Part shown: in pieces, positions 1 to 6,402 of the stretch
Numbering within the stretch: the first letter of the stretch is position 1
Layout: every line of letters begins with the position of its first letter
Source: a virus
Taxonomy: Duplodnaviria; Heunggongvirae; Uroviricota; Caudoviricetes
Reading direction: 5' to 3' (one strand)
Length of the DNA: 24,276 nucleotides
Virus record (IMG/VR): IMGVR_UViG_648276660_000003
Span: 1 to 24,276 of that record
The notes under the pieces: generated by a model
Told to the model about the DNA's origin: nothing
What the model saw: the letters and a program-made list of their open reading frames with translations, nothing else
Databases searched by the model: none
Position numbers and translations under genes: made by a program

Positions 1-847
1 GACTTTTTGCTGCATCGCAAATGTAAAATAAATATTTGTATTCGTAATACGTCCTAACAGTTTTAGTAAACAAACTGGTATCAGAGAAAACCACTGAGTC
101 TTCTGATATTATTTTAATCCATGATAAGTCACATCCTGCTGAAATTTCTATTTGCTCATTGAGCACAAAACCGGAAAGAATTTTAATTATGCAAAAGTCA
201 ATGCCATTTTTCCATAGTGGACGCAGTGCAACAGCCGAGTTTAGAGCATCACTAATAGATTTAAAATTACCATATTCCCCAACTGTTATTGTGAATGCAT
301 ACCTGGAATTAAATACTGCGGCACTCTCTCCAGAGTTAATAGCTGCAGATATCATGTCATAATTTGATATAAAATCATTTGGCGTGATTATTTCTGCGTT
401 TTTATTGTGCTGTGTTCTAAGTTTTGAATTTACATGAACACTTTTAACTGCAATACGGGAGTCGTCAACAAGTATTTCATTACCCTCTGTTGCTAACTCT
501 TGTCTTAACTGATCCGGGTCATACTTCAGCACATTCGGAAAATAGAACTGCTGCACACCGTACGCATCATAAACAGCCATAGAATGGCCCTGTACAGTAA
601 CGAATTTGGCAATCTGTCCGTTATATACCGGATATCCAGCAGCGTTAATGATGATTGGTTGCGAAACAGGAACGTGAGATCCATCTTCGTTCTCTACATA
701 AACCTGAATCTGGTTTTCAGGATTTACAGGGTCAGTATCAATTTTACCGATATAAATTTTGCCATTGGCTACGGCTTTAAAAGAACGAGCCATAGTGAAG
801 AGTTGAGAAGGCATCGATACAATCACATTGGCTGTAATGTCTGTCAT
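1..847 (-). CDS. tailspike protein, 5' part only (gene runs off the left edge of the window)
   Basis: Manual reverse-complement translation from ATG at 847..845 gives [113 protein letters not shown], which matches the P22/Sf6 tailspike head-binding domain as I remember it. The frame stays open to position 1. The ORF track lists no minus-strand ORF here, consistent with no in-frame stop inside the window. Confidence 0.85.
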   Translation of the reverse strand, partial: MTDITANVIVSMPSQLFTMARSFKAVANGKIYIGKIDTDPVNPENQIQVYVENEDGSHVPVSQPIIINAAGYPVYNGQIAKFVTVQGHSMAVYDAYGVQQFYFPNVLKYDPDQLRQELATEGNEILVDDSRIAVKSVHVNSKLRTQHNKNAEIITPNDFISNYDMISAAINSGESAAVFNSRYAFTITVGEYGNFKSISDALNSAVALRPLWKNGIDFCIIKILSGFVLNEQIEISAGCDLSWIKIISEDSVVFSDTSLFTKTVRTYYEYKYLFYICDAAKS

Positions 848-905
848 TTAATTTGCTCCAGATACAAGGAATCGCCGCAGCATGGCCACGGTGAAATTTG
901 GGCAT

Positions 906-929
906 AAAAAAACCCAGCCTAAGCTGGGT
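906..929 (-). terminator. rho-independent terminator downstream of ant
   Basis: On the minus strand: stem ACCCAGC, loop TTAG, stem GCTGGGT, then a run of seven T. It lies between the ant stop (948) and the tailspike start (847). Confidence 0.6.
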
Positions 930-947
930 CGTTGCGTTGGTTATCTG

Positions 948-1871
948 TCAGTAGTTATGTACTGAAGGAGGTAATTCTTTATTCTTAAGTCTCATCCATG
1001 CGGAAAGATTCGTTGGTCCGTCTGGCTCATTAATATCAACATCTCGTGTGTGATTGATTAAAACGTCTCTCGCCATTCCGATAACATACGAGAATTCATG
1101 ACCGTAGTCGTAGCATCTGCCGGAATAGTTCGATTGAATTTGTTTTAGCGCCGGATACAGTTCGCGGAATAATGCCTGTGAGCGGTTGGCATAATCCCAT
1201 AACCATACAAGGCTGTTTGCTTCTTTTGCAGAAAGCTCGTTGGTTTTCTTCTCTTGTTTGCCAATGAACTCACCTTCAAGTGGAACTCGAGCTGCAAGTG
1301 ATAGTGCTTCGGTAAACTGCTCCTCACTGATTTCTTTGTACGAACATCCAAAATGGGATTTTAGTGACGACCACATGGTGATCATCGCCTTAGCCTGTTT
1401 TTCTTTTGGCAGAGACTGACCGCGACTCATGACGAGTTGTTTAATGGCTTCCTGCTGTTCAGTGGTGATTTTACCCGGCAACGCCTTTTTAGCTTTGCGT
1501 GGGTTAACTACATGGCCTTTAGTCCAGTACTCGTATAGCACATCGTCACACTCTTCCTGATACTGGATTACCTTGTCGCGGATTTCAGGGCGGACTTTGT
1601 TAGGGCTGATGGTTTGCAACCAGCCATTCAGTTTACGTAAAGCAAGGCAAATCATGGCTTGCACCCCACCGGCAGAAGGTATGGTGATTTCCACCATACC
1701 CTTCGAGAAGCGTTGAGAAATCTTCTTATGTTGAGATTTCCAGTCTAGCCCCATTCCCTCAACGATAGGTTTCATTGGGGTATACGGTTCGCCGTTGTGA
1801 TTGACAACATAAAGCTCTTCGCCGTGGAATGGCACGTTGATAGTAGATACTGCTGTTGCTATACTTTTCAT
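948..1871 (-). CDS. ant: antirepressor Ant (immI region)
   Basis: Operon position immediately downstream of arc and divergent from mnt, as in P22 immI. ATG at 1871 is preceded by AGGA at about 9 nt spacing ([20 protein letters not shown]...). The ORF track's longer version starts at a GTG at 1937 that overlaps the stop of the upstream 73-aa ORF; either start is possible. Confidence 0.7.
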   Translation of the reverse strand: MKSIATAVSTINVPFHGEELYVVNHNGEPYTPMKPIVEGMGLDWKSQHKKISQRFSKGMVEITIPSAGGVQAMICLALRKLNGWLQTISPNKVRPEIRDKVIQYQEECDDVLYEYWTKGHVVNPRKAKKALPGKITTEQQEAIKQLVMSRGQSLPKEKQAKAMITMWSSLKSHFGCSYKEISEEQFTEALSLAARVPLEGEFIGKQEKKTNELSAKEANSLVWLWDYANRSQALFRELYPALKQIQSNYSGRCYDYGHEFSYVIGMARDVLINHTRDVDINEPDGPTNLSAWMRLKNKELPPSVHNY

Positions 1872-1933
1872 GTCAATATTTCCTAATCCGATTTGTTGAT
1901 ACCGAAGCCCTGACTGTTCCAGCAGTTGGGGCT

Positions 1934-2155
1934 TCACTGTTTTTGTAAGTCACTGTAGCTATAAAGCCACTGACCACTCATTTTTGATTTGATTGACTCT
2001 ACTGAGTCACGGCAAGGAATGATTCCACCTGACATCATTCTGATCTCCGTAAATTCACCACTCCATATCGACTCAATGCCATTAACGTTAACTAAAGATT
2101 TACCTCTACCAAGTGCATTCTCATAGCCAATCTCATCAACCTCAATAAACTTCAT
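1934..2155 (-). CDS. hypothetical 73-aa protein inserted between arc and ant
   Basis: ORF track. Its ATG (2155..2153) overlaps the arc stop (2154..2152) in an ATGA arrangement, and its stop overlaps the alternative GTG start of ant. No motif recognised. Confidence 0.45.
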   Translation of the reverse strand: MKFIEVDEIGYENALGRGKSLVNVNGIESIWSGEFTEIRMMSGGIIPCRDSVESIKSKMSGQWLYSYSDLQKQ

Positions 2156-2310
2156 ACCGTTATCCCCTCTCTCTTCAGGCTGTCCAACACTCGCTTGTAA
2201 ATCTCAGAGTTAACAGATCGCCCGTTCTCTTCAGCTACCTTGCGCACCAAATCCAATACTTCTTTAGGCCACCGCAAATTGAATTGCGGCATTTTGCTCA
2301 TTCCTTTCAT
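2152..2310 (-). CDS. arc: Arc repressor (ribbon-helix-helix)
   Basis: [52 protein letters not shown] is near-identical to P22 Arc as I remember it. RBS GAGGTGAAT precedes the ATG at 2310. The ORF-track extension to 2373 starts at an ATG inside the arc operator and is not the real start. Confidence 0.9.
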   Translation of the reverse strand: MKGMSKMPQFNLRWPKEVLDLVRKVAEENGRSVNSEIYKRVLDSLKREGITV

Positions 2311-2326
2311 ATTCACCTCACAATAT

Positions 2327-2343
2327 AGGTCCACCGTGGACCT
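2327..2343. promoter_or_regulatory. Mnt operator (Omnt), perfect 17-bp palindrome AGGTCCACCGTGGACCT
   Basis: Palindrome read directly from the sequence. It lies between the Pant -10 and the arc start, and matches the P22 Mnt operator as I remember it. Confidence 0.8.
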
Positions 2344-2372
2344 ATTGAGAATATAATAGAGTGCTTCTATCA
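2344..2372 (+). promoter_or_regulatory. candidate Pmnt promoter, divergent from and overlapping Pant
   Basis: Plus strand: TTGAGA (2344-2349), 17-bp spacer, TATCAT (2367-2372), about 28 nt upstream of the mnt ATG. It overlaps Oarc, consistent with Arc repressing both promoters in P22. Confidence 0.45.
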
Positions 2373-2378
2373 TGTCAA
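2350..2378 (-). promoter_or_regulatory. Pant promoter (drives arc, the 73-aa ORF and ant)
   Basis: Minus strand: -35 TTGACA (2378..2373), 17-bp spacer, -10 TATATT (2355..2350). Confidence 0.7.
2353..2373. promoter_or_regulatory. Arc operator (Oarc)
   Basis: Minus-strand reading ATGATAGAAGCACTCTATTAT is almost identical to the 21-bp P22 arc operator as I remember it. It sits between the -35 and -10 of Pant. Confidence 0.75.
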
Positions 2379-2400
2379 TACACTAACTTGGGGTGATGGC

Positions 2401-2655
2401 ATGGCTAGAGACGATCCGCACTTTAACTTCCGTATGCCTTTGGAAGTAAGAGAAAAATTGAAATTAAGAGCAGAGGCTAACGGAAGGTCAATGAACTCAG
2501 AGTTATTACAAATCGTTCAGGATGCGCTATCAAAACCATCACCGATTACAGGATATCGCGACGAAGCTGAACGCTTGGCTGATCAGCAGGCAGAGCAGTT
2601 CAAGGCCGTAGTTTTTGAGACTCTAAAAAACATGTATGGCAATGGTGAAAAATGA
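2401..2655 (+). CDS. mnt: Mnt repressor (maintenance of lysogeny, immI)
   Basis: MARDDPHFNFRMPLEVREKLKLRAEANGRSMNSELLQIVQDALSKPSP... is near-identical to the P22 Mnt N-terminal region as I remember it. Confidence 0.9.
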   Translation: MARDDPHFNFRMPLEVREKLKLRAEANGRSMNSELLQIVQDALSKPSPITGYRDEAERLADQQAEQFKAVVFETLKNMYGNGEK

Positions 2656-2969
2656 AACGTATAGCAATCCTATTGCTCCTGTGTCTCTCGAGCATAGCTA
2701 ACGCAGAAACAAAATCAGACGATAGCAGTTTTGATGAAATACAAGGCCTCATGATAGCTTCTAAAATGGCTGGTATGTGTGGTGCAATCAAACAAATGGC
2801 AATATTCCAAGAATCTACAAACATGCCGGGTGGGAATGAATTCTTACAGAGATTCCTTACTACAGAGCAAGCAAGGCTTGGGATGACTCCGCAGCAATTT
2901 CTTGAAGCATGTCAGAAATCAATCTCTATTTATACCACCTATTACAATATGAGCTCTGAGAAAAAATAG
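2652..2969 (+). CDS. hypothetical secreted (periplasmic) protein, translationally coupled to mnt
   Basis: ATG at 2652 overlaps the mnt stop (ATGA). The N-terminus MKRIAILLLLCLSSIANA-ETK looks like a Sec signal peptide with an AXA cleavage site. The mature part is about 87 aa with two Cys. No family recognised. Confidence 0.6.
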   Translation: MKRIAILLLLCLSSIANAETKSDDSSFDEIQGLMIASKMAGMCGAIKQMAIFQESTNMPGGNEFLQRFLTTEQARLGMTPQQFLEACQKSISIYTTYYNMSSEKK

Positions 2970-2978
2970 ACAAGGATT

Positions 2979-3173
2979 TCAACAACTTCCGCGTACCTGA
3001 GTAATTCTGTCGCGGATTTGCTTCTTACGGTGGTTTAAGCTGGAGAGCTTGGCTTCTGCTTCTGATATTTGCGCATCCAAATCTTTAAGCTCAAGATCTG
3101 AAAGTCGCTGGTCAAGCAGGGTTTGGTTCAACTCAATGTTGTTCAGGCGTTCTTCTATGGTCATAACTTTCAT
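2979..3173 (-). CDS. hypothetical small coiled-coil protein (about 62-65 aa)
   Basis: ORF track, trimmed to MKVMTIEERLNNIELNQTLLDQRLSDLELKDLDAQISEAEAKL..., which has a heptad-like charged/leucine pattern. AGGA lies 8 nt upstream of the second ATG (3164). The longer track version overlaps the plus-strand ORF 3196..3378. Confidence 0.3.
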   Translation of the reverse strand: MKVMTIEERLNNIELNQTLLDQRLSDLELKDLDAQISEAEAKLSSLNHRKKQIRDRITQVRGSC

Positions 3174-3195
3174 CCTATAACTATTTGGAATCAAA

Positions 3196-3378
3196 ATGAA
3201 AAATATATTAATTGGTTTCGTTTTTGGTGCAGCCTGCGCCGCCAGCATTAGCGTTATCGCCGCCCAGATTGTTGGTGGTAACTCATATCTAATGGGCTAT
3301 GACGTCATGATAAATGGAGAGGTTGTTTGCTCAGATCCTTATGTATGGACATCGACAAAAGAAATAGAATGTGACTAA
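3196..3378 (+). CDS. hypothetical small membrane or secreted peptide (60 aa)
   Basis: A hydrophobic stretch [23 protein letters not shown] is followed by a 35-aa tail with two Cys. A hairpin plus T-run follows at 3381-3405. The RBS is weak. Confidence 0.35.
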   Translation: MKNILIGFVFGAACAASISVIAAQIVGGNSYLMGYDVMINGEVVCSDPYVWTSTKEIECD

Positions 3379-3380
3379 TA

Positions 3381-3405
3381 CCAGCCTGATGGCTGGTTAA
3401 TTTTT
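3381..3405 (+). terminator. rho-independent terminator
   Basis: CCAGCC, loop TGAT, GGCTGG, then TTAATTTTT, immediately after the stop of the 60-aa ORF. Confidence 0.5.
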
Positions 3406-3423
3406 GCATTTACCTGGGCCATA

Positions 3424-3452
3424 TTGACTACTTATAAAATGAGATCAATATT
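3424..3452 (+). promoter_or_regulatory. candidate sigma70 promoter for the small-protein unit
   Basis: TTGACT (3424-3429), 17-bp spacer, AATATT (3447-3452), about 36 nt upstream of the ATG at 3489. Confidence 0.35.
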
Positions 3453-3488
3453 TAATCGCCCAATAACGGGTGTATGTTGAGGTATATC

Positions 3489-3668
3489 ATGGCGAAAAAA
3501 CCAGGTGAAAACACAGGAAAAAACGGTGGAATATACCAAGAAGTTGGCCCACGCGGCGGTAAGAAAGACAATTTTGCCACCGTCAAGGACAACGAAAGGC
3601 TTCCGCCAACAACAAAGCCAGGTCATGGCTGGGTATTGGATAAGCGAACTCCAGACAGCAAAAAGTAA
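3489..3668 (+). CDS. small basic protein (59 aa), possibly YjzC-like
   Basis: RBS GAGGT lies 6 nt upstream of the ATG. MAKKPGENTGKNGGIYQEVGPRGGKKDNFATVKDNERLPPTTKPGHGWVLDKRTPDSKK has a G-x-Y-x-E-V-G-P-R-G-G core that I associate, from memory and unverified, with the YjzC-like small-protein family. The unit is bracketed by its own promoter-like element and terminator. Confidence 0.55.
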   Translation: MAKKPGENTGKNGGIYQEVGPRGGKKDNFATVKDNERLPPTTKPGHGWVLDKRTPDSKK

Positions 3669-3673
3669 TACTC

Positions 3674-3696
3674 AAGCCGGATCACTCCGGCTTTTT
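3674..3696 (+). terminator. rho-independent terminator, probably shared by the convergent genes
   Basis: AAGCCGGA, loop TCAC, TCCGGCTT, then a T-run on the plus strand. The stop codon of the minus-strand HExxH gene lies in the loop. Confidence 0.55.
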
Positions 3697-4047
3697 GATA
3701 TGTCGCTCGCAGAACTCAACAAGCCTGCTCATTAAGTAGCAGTAAGTCTCGTTGGCTCTTCCTGGTTCAACATCAACACCGACCCTTGAGCAGATATCGA
3801 ATGCCATGTGAGCGCACTCATGGGCAATGGTAGATAGTTTGCCATTGAACACGCCTATCACATGCAAAACACCATTCTCGCTGCTCATTGTATGAGACGC
3901 TCCGTTGGCATCCGAGTCCCGCACGTCCACGCCAAGTTTTTGATGCAGGCGTTGCCATTCTGGAAAGTCTCTACAAAACACAATTGTACCGCTCTCAAAG
4001 AGCGGAACGAGCATCTTTGGTACGTTTCCAATGTTAACTTTTTTCAT
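3682..4047 (-). CDS. hypothetical HExxH-motif protein (putative small zinc-metallopeptidase-like), 121 aa
   Basis: ORF track, trimmed to the ATG at 4047 with AGGA just upstream. It contains ...GKLSTIAHECAHMAFDICSR..., a HExxH signature. It has no signal peptide. Family not assignable by eye. Confidence 0.55.
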   Translation of the reverse strand: MKKVNIGNVPKMLVPLFESGTIVFCRDFPEWQRLHQKLGVDVRDSDANGASHTMSSENGVLHVIGVFNGKLSTIAHECAHMAFDICSRVGVDVEPGRANETYCYLMSRLVEFCERHIKKPE

Positions 4048-4077
4048 GGTATCCTGCGTAAAACTAAGGAGGTTGGT

Positions 4078-4467
4078 GTGAAACAATTTCTTGCTGCTAT
4101 GTTCTTATTCATATCTTTTGGGGCTACAGCAGAGTGCTGGGTCGTTGGAGATATGCGCGGAATAAGCTATTCAGAACGAAATAATTTCCATCCGGAAGAA
4201 GATGGTTTTAGTGGAACATTCATCATTAAGACAAGCGGTGAAGATGCTAGCATCACATATTCTGGGACAGATGCGGGCGGCATGGCTTACAAAGTATTGT
4301 CTAAAAACTCCATCATAGGAATCGGCGCGAATGGCGAAACTCAACGCGTTATCGACTCATGGGTAATACATCCTACTGGAACAGTTTTAATGTCAAAAAC
4401 CATTTCCGGTTATGGAAATATGGATTCAACCAAAGCTTTTGTTGGAAAAGTAAAAAGAAAATGTTAG
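4078..4467 (+). CDS. hypothetical secreted protein (129 aa), divergent from the HExxH gene
   Basis: Strong SD AAGGAGG lies 5 nt before an in-frame GTG at 4078. The N-terminus (V/M)KQFLAAMFLFISFGATA-EC looks like a signal peptide. The mature part has Cys near both termini. The upstream part of the track ORF (3862-4077) overlaps the HExxH gene and is rejected. Confidence 0.5.
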   Translation: MKQFLAAMFLFISFGATAECWVVGDMRGISYSERNNFHPEEDGFSGTFIIKTSGEDASITYSGTDAGGMAYKVLSKNSIIGIGANGETQRVIDSWVIHPTGTVLMSKTISGYGNMDSTKAFVGKVKRKC

Positions 4468-4491
4468 CGATTGAATCCAATTTCCCATACG

Positions 4492-6402
4492 TTACTGCTG
4501 TGTTGCCTCAGTGGCAAGCAGCGGCCTGATGGCATTCGCAGCGTTATTCAGCGCTCTTTCATAGGCTGGCGTTCCAGCTTTAGTGTTTGCCAGACGTAAG
4601 AGAGCATTCCTTGCTGCTTTGGACTCATACAAGCGCATGATTGCACCGAAACCAGCCTCAAGTCCCAGTGATACACCAAGGGTTGCAGTTGCGCCAATCG
4701 TTCTAATCCTGTTAGCTTGCGATTGTCCTGTCTGTGTTACTACATTTGCGGCGTCCGACCTTGCTGTTTGCTGTAGAACTTCATGAAGAGCATCAAGCTC
4801 TTTCATGTGTCTCCCACTGAATATCGTGTTATAGATCTGACCGTCAGATTGCGACTTCAACTTATTTAACTCGGTAAGAAATTTTGTTGGCGAGTCTCCT
4901 GCTTTTTCTGCAATCTTGCTGATATAAGCAGCACGCATAGCGTTCTTTCCATCTTCACTAAGAGCTGGCCATATCCTCTTAATATCTGATGGTTTTCTGC
5001 TGAATACAACGCTGTTTATTAGCTCTGGAGTAAACTCTTTTTTAGCTTTGTTGAGATTGTTCGCAATCCTTTTATTAAGAACCTTATTGAAGACGTTGGA
5101 GTAGTCAGAGTTTGCTTTGACGTATCTGGCGGCCTCTCCAGCCCCCAAATACCGCGCTGCGTTATTCCTCAAATCCGCCCCCATTGCCCTCTCCACGGCA
5201 TCAGTTGCGGCTTTCGCGCTATTAGGAAAAACCATGGCATCTCCCTGAATACTTTCCCTCAAGGCTGACCGCAACTCTCTCAATAGACCAAAATCTATAT
5301 CTGGTTTAGCAAGTTCTTCTCGCAAATCGGATAACCCGCGAATCAAATCCTTATTTGCCACTTTCCCAAGCCTATTAGCTCTGGTAAGTACGTTGTCGAT
5401 AACCTTAATAGATTTTGATGTGTCAACTGGTGTGTCTCCCATTTTGGCTGTAATGTCTTCAATAACGCTTCCGGCCGAATCCTTCCTTGACTTCAGAGAG
5501 CCATACAGATCGTCAACAACAACTGATGGGCTATATTCACCATATTTCTCAAGCTGTTTTTTAACTAGCTGACTTCTTTTTGCATACTGCTCAGCTCGCT
5601 TTGAGCCTGTTCCCAGCAAAGCCCCCTCAGCATCCTGAGTAAGACCACGAGTGAAAGCATTTTTCGGCGGGATTACATCAGATGTCATTGGTGTCACGCC
5701 CATCGATTCTGATGTGGCAATTTTCTTCGCCACTTCTGGTGCAATATCACCTTTAAAGGCAGTTATTCCACGCTCAAGCCCTTTTGCAACAGTATTAACA
5801 GCACCACCTGTTAGCATGCCAACACCTATATCTGTTGCCAGTTTTCCCGCATCATTTTTCTCACTGTTTGCGGCGAGCGATCCGACTGCGTTTTCTGCCA
5901 GAAGACGGGCTGCGCCTTGAGTAATTCGACCAGCAAGTGTTGGCGCCTGAGTTGAAGCGCCGCCAACGCCAACAGTAGCCAGGTAAGGCAATGCCTCCGC
6001 AAACACCCTACCTTCTGTCGTTTGTGGAGTCAGAGCACCTTGCTGAAGTCCAAACGCCTGCTCTAATCCCTGAGTTGTTACTCGTGGCGCTGGTTGATAT
6101 GTTCCATCGCCAATACCGAGTTTACCGCCAGCCCATGCCGCCGCGCTTGTTACAGCATCGGCAACTGATGCTGGTATATTTGCCACATTTACACCAGCCT
6201 GCACCAGACCGCGACCAGTTTCTTTTACTGCTTCGCCGAGGTCAGACATAAATCCATCTTGCTGTTCTACAGGCTGCTTTTGGTTTTGAGTTGGTTGATT
6301 ACTGGAGGACAGAATCTGAGCGATGCGACGTGCTCCCTCAGTATCACCAGCAGCATCAGCATTCCTTAACGCCGTCATCAATTGTTCACGACTATAGGCC
6401 AT
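4492..6402 (-). CDS. ejection/DNA-transfer protein, P22 gp16-like (636 aa)
   Basis: Size and position as the last gene of the 14-7-20-16 block. Ala/Gly/Gln-rich composition typical of ejection proteins. Confidence 0.8.
   Translation of the reverse strand: MAYSREQLMTALRNADAAGDTEGARRIAQILSSSNQPTQNQKQPVEQQDGFMSDLGEAVKETGRGLVQAGVNVANIPASVADAVTSAAAWAGGKLGIGDGTYQPAPRVTTQGLEQAFGLQQGALTPQTTEGRVFAEALPYLATVGVGGASTQAPTLAGRITQGAARLLAENAVGSLAANSEKNDAGKLATDIGVGMLTGGAVNTVAKGLERGITAFKGDIAPEVAKKIATSESMGVTPMTSDVIPPKNAFTRGLTQDAEGALLGTGSKRAEQYAKRSQLVKKQLEKYGEYSPSVVVDDLYGSLKSRKDSAGSVIEDITAKMGDTPVDTSKSIKVIDNVLTRANRLGKVANKDLIRGLSDLREELAKPDIDFGLLRELRSALRESIQGDAMVFPNSAKAATDAVERAMGADLRNNAARYLGAGEAARYVKANSDYSNVFNKVLNKRIANNLNKAKKEFTPELINSVVFSRKPSDIKRIWPALSEDGKNAMRAAYISKIAEKAGDSPTKFLTELNKLKSQSDGQIYNTIFSGRHMKELDALHEVLQQTARSDAANVVTQTGQSQANRIRTIGATATLGVSLGLEAGFGAIMRLYESKAARNALLRLANTKAGTPAYERALNNAANAIRPLLATEATQQ

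Noticed and set aside
159-907. Plus-strand ORFs 159..362 and 584..907
   Set aside because: They lie antisense to the clearly recognisable tailspike coding frame on the minus strand and have no RBS or recognisable protein features.
1145-1351. 68-aa minus-strand ORF inside ant in another frame
   Set aside because: It is fully nested in the ant coding region with no independent support.
2311-2373. Extended arc ORF starting at the ATG at 2373
   Set aside because: That ATG lies inside the Arc operator and Pant promoter. The start at 2310 has a GAGG RBS and gives the expected 53-aa Arc.
2600-2824. 74-aa minus-strand ORF overlapping the mnt 3' end and the secreted-protein gene
   Set aside because: It is antisense to two better-supported coupled genes and has no RBS.
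3432-3735. Alternative ORFs 3432..3626 (minus) and 3505..3735 (plus) in the small-protein unit
   Set aside because: The frame starting at 3489 has the RBS and ends just before the terminator. The alternatives start at GTG or lack an RBS and run through the terminator hairpin.
3862-4077. Upstream 72 codons of the track ORF 3862..4467
   Set aside because: They overlap the minus-strand HExxH gene. A strong SD plus in-frame GTG at 4078 gives a protein that begins with a proper signal peptide.
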